Source: Gammaproteobacteria bacterium
GTDB lineage: Bacteria; Pseudomonadota; Gammaproteobacteria; GCA-001735895
Length of the DNA: 64,000 nt
Direction: 5' to 3'
Assembly: GCA_050298595.1 (NCBI GenBank)
Contig: JBNKUM010000076.1
Location: 75,956-139,955, forward strand
This document shows positions 42,360-53,059 of the stretch, piece by piece (positions within the stretch are counted from its first letter, which is position 1; each line of letters begins with the position of its first letter). The notes under the pieces are model-generated. The model had not been told where the DNA came from and searched no databases. It saw only the letters and a program-made list of their open reading frames with translations. Made by a program: the position numbers and the translations under genes.

Positions 42360-42878
42360 ATTGCACTGACTACAATTTATATCACATTAGTACGCAAAGG
42401 CTATTTAACTTTTCTTTTGCATGTTTTGCCAATAAAGCAGTATTTACTTCTATTGTAAACGTTCCCTGTTTAATTAAAGAAAGCAGCTCTTGATGTGATA
42501 ACGATGAAAAATCTGTAATACTAAGAACTCTCTTTGAGGCGGCTTATCCCACTTTCTGTGAATAATGTGTCTTGAGTTTTATCCATTCAACTCATAAAGT
42601 ATGTTACAGGTTCCTTATCTTTTTAAGATAGTATATTTTCAACGCTTTTTTTCAGCCCCAGCTGAAGGGAATACACTCACTTTGATGAGCGCATTGTTGT
42701 CCCTATCTTAATGATTTGCCCTTAAAAACCACCAACAAACCGATATATGCAGCCATTGAAGTTGATCTTTAAAAAATAGATTACTCGAAGAGGGAACCGG
42801 AACAGTGAGAATTCATTATTATTTATAAATTTGACATTTATACATATTGTTACTTTCCGAGGTTGAGCATTATGCACA

Positions 42879-44012
42879 ATGCCGAAAGATCATTCAGACA
42901 AGGAGCGCCTATGTATGCAAACTTTTATTGACTGGTTGCTGACCACTCATCCTCAGCGTCGTATCCGGCTTCAGCTCAGTGGAATCGCCACGCTATTAAT
43001 GCTTGCCTGTGTTGCAGTACTTAACCTGCTCGCCAGCTCGGCCGAAGCTCAGCCGATGGCTATTTATGTGTGGACCTTCTTCGCCCTGGGCGGACTGATC
43101 ACTTTCTTCATGCTCATACGCTGCGGTTATTCAGAACGCTGGCAAGATCCATCCTTGGCGCTAATACAGATAACTTACGCTATAGCTGCTGATGCTGTTG
43201 CGTATGCATTGGCTGGGGAAGGACGAGGTGTTGTTCCATCCATTCTGGCGGTTATTCTTATGTTCAGTATGTTCGGCCTGTCGCTTCGACAGATTATTAT
43301 TACCTCCCTGTTCTCACTGCTATCATTCGGCTCTGCCGTGGCCTATGTTGCATTGCATACTCAGAATAGTCATGCATGGAGTCTTGAAGTGGCCAATGCT
43401 GTGATGATCCTGATTGTACTCAGTGGAGGTACCTTCCTGACTTCCCGACTGCAGCATTTACGTGAACGTCTGCACAGGCAGAAACAGGAACTTGAAGCCG
43501 CATTAGAGCACATTCACCAGATTGCCTTATTCGACGAGTTGACTGGCCTGATGAATCGGCGTTCAATGAATGAACTTCTCGCCAAGGAATGCCTGCGCAG
43601 TGATCGCAGTGGACGAACATTTACCGTGGCATTGCTGGATATTGACCATTTCAAAAAAATCAACGATAACTATGGGCACCGGGCAGGAGACATCGCGCTT
43701 AAAAGTTTTGCCGAAACGGCTGAACAGGCAATCCGCGCAACTGATAAGATCGCACGCTGGGGCGGCGAGGAATTTCTGCTCATATTACCCGAAACTGAAC
43801 CCCCCTCGTGTGTCATGAGTTGCCTGAATCGTATGAGGGAACGCATTACTGCAATCGAAATCAACCACGAAGGTCAGCAATTCAGTTTCACGGTATCAAT
43901 CGGTTTTAGTACACGCCGTGACAATGAACTGATCGAACACACCATAGACCGCGCCGACCAGGCCCTCTATAGCGCCAAGCAGAGTGGGCGTGATCGTGTA
44001 GTGGCTGGCTGA
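42879..44012 (+). CDS. Integral-membrane diguanylate cyclase
   Basis: About 6 TM helices, DELTGLMNRR, RWGGEEF. Confidence 0.92.
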   Translation: MPKDHSDKERLCMQTFIDWLLTTHPQRRIRLQLSGIATLLMLACVAVLNLLASSAEAQPMAIYVWTFFALGGLITFFMLIRCGYSERWQDPSLALIQITYAIAADAVAYALAGEGRGVVPSILAVILMFSMFGLSLRQIIITSLFSLLSFGSAVAYVALHTQNSHAWSLEVANAVMILIVLSGGTFLTSRLQHLRERLHRQKQELEAALEHIHQIALFDELTGLMNRRSMNELLAKECLRSDRSGRTFTVALLDIDHFKKINDNYGHRAGDIALKSFAETAEQAIRATDKIARWGGEEFLLILPETEPPSCVMSCLNRMRERITAIEINHEGQQFSFTVSIGFSTRRDNELIEHTIDRADQALYSAKQSGRDRVVAG

Positions 44013-44048
44013 ATTCGGAAGACTCACTCATACTGAAAGGAGATTGAT

Positions 44049-44534
44049 ATGACGAATAGAGATCCCTTGCTGACCACTGCTATTTGGGCTGGAATTTTTC
44101 CACTGCTGATAGTTGCTGGTTTCGCATCGGCACAAACCGAGCCAGCACAAAATAGTGTTCCCGTGATGTTGACGATCACAGACTATCCTGGCGAGTGGCC
44201 AGACAGTGTACCTGTTCCTATAGGACTGGTTAATATGGGCGGTACAAAATTGAAGAAGAATAAGCATGCTCATCTTGTTTTGTACCAGACATTTTTCCCC
44301 GATCTATCAGAAACAAGCAGCGAAAGCCCCGGCAAGGATTACATTCTGACCTATGCAGAAAGGCTAAAACAGGCGGGATTCAAACAAACTAATCGCCATG
44401 ATAAGCCTGGCGTCATGAATCTCAGCTTCGAGCGGGGCAAATACAAGGTTGACATTGTCTACGGCCTGATCAATACACCCAGCAGCAAAGAGCAAATTGA
44501 AATCGGCTTTGAGTTTCTTAACAACCCACCCTGA
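44049..44534 (+). CDS. Secreted hypothetical protein
   Basis: RBS GGGAGA, signal peptide ASA|Q, 161 aa. Confidence 0.65.
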   Translation: MTNRDPLLTTAIWAGIFPLLIVAGFASAQTEPAQNSVPVMLTITDYPGEWPDSVPVPIGLVNMGGTKLKKNKHAHLVLYQTFFPDLSETSSESPGKDYILTYAERLKQAGFKQTNRHDKPGVMNLSFERGKYKVDIVYGLINTPSSKEQIEIGFEFLNNPP

Positions 44535-44976
44535 TGATCATGATTCCAACATCGGCTTAATTTGCGCTCAAACTTTCACGATTACTACCTGGCACCTTTT
44601 GCTCAACCTGTAGCGGCTTCACTAAGCTACAACAAGGGTCCGATTCATAAAAACCTTGGACAATTTGAACTTGCTCTAAAGTGTTTCGAACAGGGGCTAG
44701 ACTGGCTGCAACAGGCCAAACAGCTAAACCCGATTGCATAAGAGCGTGAAAATACAAACTGACTATGATCGTTTACGAAACTGAGGGTTACCCACAAATA
44801 CGAGCGCTCAACTGCGGAATCCAGGATGATAGACCTGCCCCATAAAACTCTTCTTTATACGCTATGACGCTTGTTGCCGTGGGTAATGGATTTTATACTT
44901 GCACAACTCCTGTCGGACCATATCCTCCTGAATAGGCATTTGATCAAACCGACCCTTGTTCCAGTGGGCTAAAAAT

Positions 44977-46047
44977 ATGTTGAAAACCATCGTCAGATTT
45001 TTATGGGTCTTTATACTCCTGCTCTCTGCCTGTGATAAAGCGGAAAAAAGCCCTCCTGAAATCAAGCTACACCCCGATACGGATACCGTTGACTACAATG
45101 GCAGATTTACACTGTCCTGGGCGACCAGGTCGGTTGATTATTGTATTGCTTCGGGTGACTGGAACGGAAACCTCAAGTCTTCCGGCAGTAAAACCCTGGG
45201 GCCACTTACCCGCGACAGTCTGTATGTTCTGGATTGTTATCATTCAGGCAAGGTGATCAGCGATTCGGTCGTGGTAAAGGTTCGGGCTCCCCAAACACCT
45301 CGAATCAACCTGTCGGCCAGCCCATTGAGCATTGCGTTCCGGGGTTCGACAACGGTCAGCTGGTCAAGTCAGCATGTGACTGATTGTATCGCGGACGGTG
45401 ACTGGTCCGGACCGAAACAACTCAATGGCTCAGTACGCATGGAAGGGCTTGAAACCGACAGCGAATTTCGCCTGACCTGCAGTGGCCCGCAAGGAGAGGT
45501 GAGAGGGGGCATCAGTATCAATGTGCTGGAAGCCGGTATCACCGTTCCGCGCGTCACCCTGACGGCCATCCCGGCGAAGATTTCCTACAACGGCTCGACA
45601 ACGCTCAGTTGGAATACGCAGAATGCCGATATTTGCCGGGCCTCAGGAAACTGGTTTGGCAGTAAAGCCCCGAACGGGACTGAAACCATCAAACAACTCA
45701 CCAGTGATAGCCACTTTATTCTGAGCTGCTCCATCGCCGGAAAAGGAGGCGGCGGTGAAGGGGTCGATGCAGCCCAGGTCAGTGTCAGCCCTCCACCTCA
45801 GCCCTTGGTAACGCTGACAGCCAGCCCAGCTAGAGTAAGAAATAATGGATCCACGACGCTGCGCTGGTCTAGCTCACACGCCGAGAGCTGCATAGCGACC
45901 GGCGACTGGTCCGGCACCAGGAGTATTTCCGGAACCCGAACAATCAACGACCTGACAAAAAAAAGCATGTTCCGCTTGAATTGTTCTGGGGTCGGCGGCC
46001 TGGGATCTGCCACGGTGACAATCACGTTGATGGATGGAGATGCATGA
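44977..46047 (+). CDS. Lipoprotein with four tandem Ig-like repeats
   Basis: Lipobox LLSA-C; four ~85 aa units L.W....C.A.G.W.G.....G......L......L.C. Confidence 0.85.
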   Translation: MLKTIVRFLWVFILLLSACDKAEKSPPEIKLHPDTDTVDYNGRFTLSWATRSVDYCIASGDWNGNLKSSGSKTLGPLTRDSLYVLDCYHSGKVISDSVVVKVRAPQTPRINLSASPLSIAFRGSTTVSWSSQHVTDCIADGDWSGPKQLNGSVRMEGLETDSEFRLTCSGPQGEVRGGISINVLEAGITVPRVTLTAIPAKISYNGSTTLSWNTQNADICRASGNWFGSKAPNGTETIKQLTSDSHFILSCSIAGKGGGGEGVDAAQVSVSPPPQPLVTLTASPARVRNNGSTTLRWSSSHAESCIATGDWSGTRSISGTRTINDLTKKSMFRLNCSGVGGLGSATVTITLMDGDA

Positions 46048-46331
46048 TCGTTTACGCGAGTCATATTTTGAAAAAAATTGCGTGACTTCGAATTAAGATC
46101 GCCGTACTTTACTTCGCGACAGGGGGGAGTAATGGTTCCCAGGAGCGGACAAATTTGTCAGGAACGAATTTATGAGTCACTTCCCTGTGACTCAACTGTG
46201 AACAGGTCTGCGAAGCTGCGGTGCCACAGGCGGAGTCACTTAGGCTCCCAGGTCCAGGTCATACGCGCGGCCTGGCCATTTACTGTCACTGTGACTTTTG
46301 TCAATCGAAATTAGACACTCGAATCTAGATT

Positions 46332-46772
46332 CTAGCCTTGGTCTTTATCCGGTTTGCTTGACATAAAATCATCAAACTCCTGTTGATCCTGACGGCGTTT
46401 TAGATTGTCTCGATAGGCACGAAATGCGTCGGCTCGCTTACGGATCTCTTCTTTGATTTCCTGAATTCGGTCATATTGGGTCTGCTGGAAATCATTAAAA
46501 ACACTGTTATCACTGTCGTTATTAGATCCATCAGAACGAGATCTAAAAACCTGATTCCACTTGTTACGCACCCAGCCAGGTAGTTCCTGAACAGGATGCC
46601 CAAGAATTGTCCACAGCAATACCACAAAACCTAATGGTGGAAAAATAATAAACCCCAGAACCATTGCAGCAATATTTGCACCACTCCAGTGGCCTCTACC
46701 GCACAACCGCATTCCACAGTGGTAACGCTGGTCGCGTGATTCTTCAGCAGTTGAATAATTTGTCGATGACAT
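46332..46772 (-). CDS. DUF2852 domain protein
   Basis: IAAMVLGFIIFPPLG, NSVFNDF, DQQEFDDFM. Confidence 0.85.
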   Translation of the reverse strand: MSSTNYSTAEESRDQRYHCGMRLCGRGHWSGANIAAMVLGFIIFPPLGFVVLLWTILGHPVQELPGWVRNKWNQVFRSRSDGSNNDSDNSVFNDFQQTQYDRIQEIKEEIRKRADAFRAYRDNLKRRQDQQEFDDFMSSKPDKDQG

Positions 46773-46820
46773 GGTGTTTTTCCTCTCGTGTTAAAGAAAA
46801 CAAACTAAGTAGCACATTTA

Positions 46821-46905
46821 AAGTTAACGCTGTTCACATAGAATGTAATGCAATGGACCAGAGTTTTCAAGGCCTGGTGAAGAAAAAAGTTAACAATGTT
46901 CACAT
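46821..46905. promoter_or_regulatory. Two TetR operator-like sites in the divergent promoter
   Basis: AAGTTAACGCTGTTCACAT (46821) and AAGTTAACAATGTTCACAT (46887), imperfect palindromes. Confidence 0.75.
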
Positions 46906-46924
46906 TAAGTGTTACAAATACATC

Positions 46925-47530
46925 ATGAAAAGAGAGAAAAAACACTATCACCACGGTCATCTGGCCGAATCATTACTCGATGCAGTCGATGAAATTGCTT
47001 CCAGGTTTGGTTTAGAGGCGGTAACGCTGCGTGGTTGCGCAAAACTCGTTGGTGTTTCACCGGCAGCAGCATTTCGACACTACACCGACAAGCGCGCTCT
47101 GCTGACCGCATTTGCCGCACGCGCTGTAAATCAACTGGCCGATGCTATGGAGGACGCAAAATCCAAAGCAAATGAAAAAGGAGAGCGCGAATTTCTGTCG
47201 GTAGGCATGGCGTACATAGAGTTTACCCTGAACAAACCTGCTTTTTTTCGCGCAATGTGGCGTGAGGAAACCATCTATTGCCAGGATCAAGACTACCTTG
47301 CAGCCACTGAACGGCTGGCAGGCTACCTGAAGGGGGGATTTGTGCAAACAATCGACGACGATGACCCGACCAATTTCAGTACTCAGGAACTATTAGCCTG
47401 GTCTTGCGTTCACGGACTTGCCAATCTATTCATTGATGGGCCCGTTGGTAAAAGCAAAAATCATGGTGAAAAATTAGATTTAGCCAGTGATGTTATTCAC
47501 CAACTGATGCCAGCGTTAAACAGTCGCTAA
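46925..47530 (+). CDS. TetR/AcrR family regulator (WHG type)
   Basis: YHHGHL, VTLRGCAKLVGVSPAAAFRHY, AWSCVHGLA. Confidence 0.92.
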   Translation: MKREKKHYHHGHLAESLLDAVDEIASRFGLEAVTLRGCAKLVGVSPAAAFRHYTDKRALLTAFAARAVNQLADAMEDAKSKANEKGEREFLSVGMAYIEFTLNKPAFFRAMWREETIYCQDQDYLAATERLAGYLKGGFVQTIDDDDPTNFSTQELLAWSCVHGLANLFIDGPVGKSKNHGEKLDLASDVIHQLMPALNSR

Positions 47531-47869
47531 TATCTATCGGCAGGCCTGAAGCGGTCATTTCCGGGTTGGAGCGAATCTTCAGAGAGCGGAAATACTATAA
47601 AAAATCTTTAACCCGAATTCAAAAACCACGGCCTGATCAGAAAGCGCCCAGTTTGAAAACGCCGATATACCGCCGCTGTGGCTTCGTAAGAGCACACTAC
47701 TCCAGATATGAGATGAACATTATAGATATTCCACTGAATTAAGCTTTGTAAATGAAGAGGTTATGAGTTACCTGGATCAAACCCAGTGTTATCTGCCTGG
47801 GAAATATTTATTTTTAGTCGCTACTCATATACTTCTATCATTCGCCGTTAACGAATAAAGCTCTTTAAA

Positions 47870-50296
47870 TTAAAACAGTCCCATCTGTTTATCCACAATA
47901 CCTTTAAATGACTGACCAATAAACGGTAGTATACCGTCGGCTATTGGTTCTAGCTGACGATCCACATAGAATTGATGATCTATTTTGGCCGAAACATAGT
48001 CTATGGGCTGAGGCCCATTAACCGTCATAACGTATGATATCCAGCCTTTATTTTGATGCTTTAATGATTTCCCCCGCTTTAAGTTTTCTTCATCGGCTAC
48101 TCTGGCGGCCCTGACATGGGGAGGCACATTCTTAACATAGCTGTTCAGTTTTCTTCTTAATCGCTTTCGAAAAACCAATTCTGAATCTCTCTCACCCGAG
48201 AGTGTCTGGCGAACTGTTTCGATAATAAAGTCCAGTGGGTTCATATCATTAAATACCATTTGATATAGCTTTAACTGAAAGTCTTTGGCGAGCTCCGTCC
48301 AGTCAGTTCTTACATTTTCCAGCCCTTTAAAAATTAGCCTTTCCATTTCACCTGTTTTCAATAGCCCAGCATAACGTTTTTTGCTGCCGTGCTCTGATCC
48401 TCTTATGGTTGGCATTAAGAAGCGGGAGAAATGAGATTCAAATTCTATTTCAAGAAAACAGTTAATTTTGTACTCTTGCGCCAATTTAGATTGCCATTGC
48501 TGATTAATCATCTTCGCCAGTGATTGCCCGATTTCGTTGGCCTGTTGATCGCTTACACTTTCATTTAACAATACGAAGGTTGAATCCGTATCACCATAGA
48601 TAACCTCATACCCCTCTGCTTCAATCCATCTTGCTGTTTGCTGCATAATCTCATGACCGCGCAGTGTTATCGAGCTCGCAAGTTTTGTATCGTAAAAAGG
48701 ACAGCCCCCTGACCCAAGTACTCCATAAAAGGAATTCATGATGATTTTAATGGCCTTTGATCGAGCCTGATCATTATCTTTTTTTGCCTGATCGCGCTTT
48801 GCCCACAAATCTGTAATGATGTCAGGTAAAAGATGCTTATCTCTTGAAAAACAGGCTCCTCTAAAGCCCTTAATGGCCTTCTCAGGATCTTTACCTCCCT
48901 CGATTAAACCGAGTGGGTCAATTTTAAATGTGCGGATTATCGATGGGTACAGGCTCTTAAAATCGAGCACAAGTACATGTTTATATAAACCCGGCTTTGA
49001 ATTCATTACATATCCACCGGGGCTTGCCAATCCACCACCTTCTGGCAAGTTTGGAGAAACATAACCCTGCCGATGCAATTTCGGTAAATATAGATTGATA
49101 AATGCCGCGACCGAACCACCTGCTCGATCCAGTTCAAGACCTGTCAGTTGGCTGCGAAAAACGAGATAATCCAGTAGTTTAATTTTTTCAAAAATATCCC
49201 ACACCAGGACACAGTCCTGCAGGTTATATTCAGCCAGTTTTACTTTGTTACTTTTAAAATCTTCAGTTATCGTTTGCAGTCGATTCTCGACATCATCCGT
49301 TTGCTTTCCTCGCCCCAGAAAATGTTGCCCTATGGTTTCTAAACTAAAACTTGGAAAACTGTATGCTTCCGCTTTAAGTGCTGCAATACCATCAATAACC
49401 ACGCGTCCATCAATTGTAATAAACCCCTGATTGACTTCATTACGGCTATCGCGCCAGTGCATGGGAGATTGATCCCGCCCTAATTTTAACGTTAAGTTAT
49501 GCAAAGCCGCCCGCTTAGCCAATACCCTGAAATCAAAATTGATGACATTCCAGCCAATGATGATATCGGGATCAAGAACCTGTATGGTTTGCTCTAGAGA
49601 CTGTAATAAACAGAGCTCATCCTTAACCCATTCGATATATTCTGCTGCCGCCTCCCTATCGCTCAATTTATCAGGCTGAATCATGATAACTTTTTTATAG
49701 TTTAACAAATTATCCTGTTTACTCTCCCCTGAATAAAACCCAATACTGTATAACTCGCCTTGTTCTGAACATTCGATATCTAATGAAACCGTTTTGAAGG
49801 TGGGAATATAATTCCCCGGTTTTATTTTTATATGCTGATATTCGAAATAATTATTTTTTGCCTGCACAGTTACAGCCGTTTCTCTGCCGATAAAATCAAC
49901 ACTTCCATATATAAAACGCTCCATCAGGTAGCGCTCTTCAAGTCTTATATTGCCTTCATAAACCTCAATGCCAACTTGCATGAGTATTTCTCTGGCATCA
50001 TAGAAATCTCGAATATTATTAAAATAAATACCTGCGACATCATGTTGAGAGAATGTCTGAAGATGTAACGGTTTATATGAAAAATATATATTGCTGGATT
50101 TCAGCAATTTCTCAGCACTGGGTATATTTATCTGTTTAATAAAAAATACAGGTTGCTGGTCATATAGACAAAGCTTCACAGGACCTTTTGCTGTAGCAAA
50201 CCATAGTACGATGGCAGCTTTACCACGTACATCAAAGCTCTGCCGCGTTAGCAAAAACCCTCTATTCAAAACATGGTTATTGGCAATTTCATTCAT
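47870..50296 (-). CDS. polB: DNA polymerase II
   Basis: SLDIE exonuclease, VLVLDFKSLYPSII, KIIMNSFYG, YGDTDS, KKRYAG, C-terminal clamp motif QMGLF. Confidence 0.97.
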   Translation of the reverse strand: MNEIANNHVLNRGFLLTRQSFDVRGKAAIVLWFATAKGPVKLCLYDQQPVFFIKQINIPSAEKLLKSSNIYFSYKPLHLQTFSQHDVAGIYFNNIRDFYDAREILMQVGIEVYEGNIRLEERYLMERFIYGSVDFIGRETAVTVQAKNNYFEYQHIKIKPGNYIPTFKTVSLDIECSEQGELYSIGFYSGESKQDNLLNYKKVIMIQPDKLSDREAAAEYIEWVKDELCLLQSLEQTIQVLDPDIIIGWNVINFDFRVLAKRAALHNLTLKLGRDQSPMHWRDSRNEVNQGFITIDGRVVIDGIAALKAEAYSFPSFSLETIGQHFLGRGKQTDDVENRLQTITEDFKSNKVKLAEYNLQDCVLVWDIFEKIKLLDYLVFRSQLTGLELDRAGGSVAAFINLYLPKLHRQGYVSPNLPEGGGLASPGGYVMNSKPGLYKHVLVLDFKSLYPSIIRTFKIDPLGLIEGGKDPEKAIKGFRGACFSRDKHLLPDIITDLWAKRDQAKKDNDQARSKAIKIIMNSFYGVLGSGGCPFYDTKLASSITLRGHEIMQQTARWIEAEGYEVIYGDTDSTFVLLNESVSDQQANEIGQSLAKMINQQWQSKLAQEYKINCFLEIEFESHFSRFLMPTIRGSEHGSKKRYAGLLKTGEMERLIFKGLENVRTDWTELAKDFQLKLYQMVFNDMNPLDFIIETVRQTLSGERDSELVFRKRLRRKLNSYVKNVPPHVRAARVADEENLKRGKSLKHQNKGWISYVMTVNGPQPIDYVSAKIDHQFYVDRQLEPIADGILPFIGQSFKGIVDKQMGLF

Positions 50297-50673
50297 TATT
50301 TATTTTCCAATGATCCTCCCCCACCTTCTAATTCGGCCTTATACAATTCTACAGTGAAGCTCGGGCTATTTATTGTTATTTACTTCTGTCATCATCTCTT
50401 CCTGTTAGTAGAGTTTATTTGTAAACCCAGCTCTTGAATCACATTGTGGGTCGCCCTATGTAAATTATTGTTTAAACTGATATTTTATCCAAAAACTGGA
50501 GATTATTCAGGCTTAAACCACCCATTTGACTATCAGAATCAACCCTGTGCAAAAAGCGAATTGCTCAGGGTATAGCCCCCTTCCTTAAAGTTCATATTTT
50601 CCCTGTTAAACTGATCCTTTAAGGAGAAAATCTTTGGTTTAAATGAGCAATAAACTCATAGAACCAAAGAGTT

Positions 50674-50730
50674 GTCCAGGTCCGACCTGGTTTTAGCTGG
50701 GGTGATTTTAATTCTGGGTCCGACCCGGTA
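50674..50730. repeat. Pair of short REP-like palindromes
   Basis: CCAGGTCCGACCTGG and CTGGGTCCGACCCGG. Confidence 0.5.
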
Positions 50731-50775
50731 TTGTTCTAAAGGCATGGTGCCTACGAACCCCTTATTGGGGGGAAT

Positions 50776-52455
50776 CTAAAAAAGCTTTAGCTGCTTTATG
50801 ATACTATTCAGATATTCAGAAAAATCAGGATTAACAAAATAATAAATAATGCCTGCAAACAGGTTCAAAATAATCAATATTAAAAAAAAGTAGGAAAGTT
50901 TAAAAACCGGTATTTTATTTTCTTCTGCTCTTTTTTTCATCATCTGTTGGAGCTTTTGCAGCTCATGCAGAATTTCAGCAAAGCTCTCGAAGCGATTTAC
51001 GGGCTGAGTCTCCATCATATTTTTTATCAAATGCTGAACTCGACCATCCAGAGCTTCAAAAGAGCTGTTACTCTGTAATCGCTCAAACTTCAGCATGGCA
51101 GGTGCCCCGGTCAGCATATGATAAAAAATAGCACCCACACTATAGATATCTTTTTTCACTGGCTGTAAATTTTCATGATCTGGCTGGTACCAACTTTTTT
51201 CAACTTGATTGTTATAATGTTTCTCAAAACCGAAGTCAGTAATTTTGAGCTGTTTTTTATCATCAAATAAAATATTACTCGGCCGCAGATTACCATGCAT
51301 AATCTGCTGTTCATGAGCTGCCTGCATCGCACTGCATATCTGTATTGCAACCTTTAAAAACCTGTCAGCAGTATAAGGTCTTGATAGCCTGTCCTGTAAG
51401 TTGCCACCCGCTAAATACTCCATCACAACGATGAATGCTTGACTGCTTTTTGAAGTGCCTAATACCCGCAATAAATGATCATGTTTTATAGTTTTTAATT
51501 TATCAGCCTCTTTCAAACCCGCCCGGGAATTCACTCGTTTCTTTACAACGATTAAATTTTTCCTGCTTTTGTCTTCAAACAGATAAACTGCTCCAAATCG
51601 ACTCTTACTCAGAACATCCAGTAATACAAACTTTTCAGCTGCATTTCCAATGGCCGCTTTTGCTTCAACTTTATCACTCTGCTTTAAGTGCGCGCCATTC
51701 AGAATTTCCAGCAGAATAAAAGCGACTGCATCCGCTGATGGTGGTCGTTCAGCAGGGTTTGTTTTCAGGCACTTAATAATCAATTCTGACAGGATCTGTG
51801 GAAAACTAGATAAGCACCCTGCCAAATTATTGAATTGGGCAGCAGGTAACTGCCCGGTAAACAGTTCAAACATCAACGAACCAAACGAATAAATATCACT
51901 CAGAGGGCTGACTGACTTAGGATCATTGAATTGCTCAGGCGACATATAATCCGGTGTACCAAGAATTTCTTCACTCTCTGGCTGCCCGTTTGCTTCCAGC
52001 CAGGCGATACCGAAATCCAGAATAAATACATGCGATTCATCATCAATCAGGATATTGGCAGGTTTAATATCGCGATGTACCACACCATTTTTATGAGCAA
52101 ATGCCATACCTTTACAGATCTGTAAAAGCAACTCCAGCCGGGCATTCAAGGATAGATTATTGTGCTTTCGAACTTCGGATAAGTCTCTACCCTGAATATA
52201 ATCCATTACAAAATATGGACGTCCCTTTTCAGTGACACCACGATCTATGACATGAATAATATTGGGATGATTTAAACGCGCAATAACCAGTGACTCCTGG
52301 TCAAAGAATTTTATCGCCTGTTCATCCCATAGAAACTCTGCTGACAGAAACTTGATCGCTACTGTTCGATCGAGAGAATCCTGCTGCGCTTTAAAAACCG
52401 TTGCCATCCCCCCTCGAGTGAGTTTGGTAAGGTTGCTATATCCGTTTAACTCCAT
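50776..52455 (-). CDS. Hanks-type Ser/Thr kinase with a second degenerate kinase domain and a C-terminal TM
   Basis: Domain 1 RGGMATV, VAIK, HRDIKPAN, DFG, GTPDYMSPE; domain 2 HGNLRPSN, DFG. Confidence 0.92.
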   Translation of the reverse strand: MELNGYSNLTKLTRGGMATVFKAQQDSLDRTVAIKFLSAEFLWDEQAIKFFDQESLVIARLNHPNIIHVIDRGVTEKGRPYFVMDYIQGRDLSEVRKHNNLSLNARLELLLQICKGMAFAHKNGVVHRDIKPANILIDDESHVFILDFGIAWLEANGQPESEEILGTPDYMSPEQFNDPKSVSPLSDIYSFGSLMFELFTGQLPAAQFNNLAGCLSSFPQILSELIIKCLKTNPAERPPSADAVAFILLEILNGAHLKQSDKVEAKAAIGNAAEKFVLLDVLSKSRFGAVYLFEDKSRKNLIVVKKRVNSRAGLKEADKLKTIKHDHLLRVLGTSKSSQAFIVVMEYLAGGNLQDRLSRPYTADRFLKVAIQICSAMQAAHEQQIMHGNLRPSNILFDDKKQLKITDFGFEKHYNNQVEKSWYQPDHENLQPVKKDIYSVGAIFYHMLTGAPAMLKFERLQSNSSFEALDGRVQHLIKNMMETQPVNRFESFAEILHELQKLQQMMKKRAEENKIPVFKLSYFFLILIILNLFAGIIYYFVNPDFSEYLNSIIKQLKLF

Positions 52456-52622
52456 GTTCTCGTGTGTATAAAAGTATTTAAAGCGAGTATAGGTGGTAAA
52501 TTAAGATTTACCGGATAACAGCTCAAGCTCAGCCTTTGCTGACTTTAACAAAAAAGGTGGCTTCTCACACAGACAAGACATAAGGCCTCAAATATAATGT
52601 TCATGCCATGATAATGGTCGAG

Positions 52623-52848
52623 AGTTGTAAGCATAATGCGGCCAGATTCCAAAAAACAATTTGCTCGCTCTTTCCAGGTAATTTTCTAAGCTGCCTGTGC
52701 GGCAGTGAACCAAAAGATAATTGATATTTATCCAGTGCACAACAAACACTTAAGGGTATTTTACTTTTTTACCGATGAAAAACATCACTTCCGTAAGTGA
52801 TTGATTTTTTATAGATTGTTAATGAGCGTTAAAAACTTTAGTAAACAG
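52623..52848 (-). CRISPR. Orphan type I-F mini-array: leader, one perfect repeat, 32 nt spacer, possible degenerate repeat
   Basis: 52683-52710 is the reverse complement of GTTCACTGCCGCACAGGCAGCTTAGAAA; AT-rich leader 52711-52848. Confidence 0.8.
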
Positions 52849-53059
52849 TTAACTCTGATAGACTTTCAATACCCCTTTTGCCCATTCTAATAGAAGCTTC
52901 TGTTTTATTGTCACTACTCCATGATGGATCTCGTCAACTCTTTGGAAGGGGCTGTCCTGCCTTGAATTGTTCAAGATAGACAGGGTCGCATAAGGGTATT
53001 GTCTGGCTGATATTCTTTCAGGCTCGAGGTATTCTACTGCTGACTTTTTCTGGTGGAAC
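52849..53059 (-). pseudogene. C-terminal remnant of an unidentified gene truncated by IS21
   Basis: Open frame from the IS end at 53060 to the stop at 52849. Confidence 0.4.

Noticed and set aside
46048-46331. Intergenic hairpins (GAGTCAC..GTGACTC) as a riboswitch or sRNA
   Set aside because: No match to aptamer consensus sequences I can recognise, and the region lies between convergent 3' ends
52849-53059. Gene remnant next to the CRISPR leader as cas6f
   Set aside because: It lacks the Gly-rich loop and VPxF C-terminus typical of Cas6f
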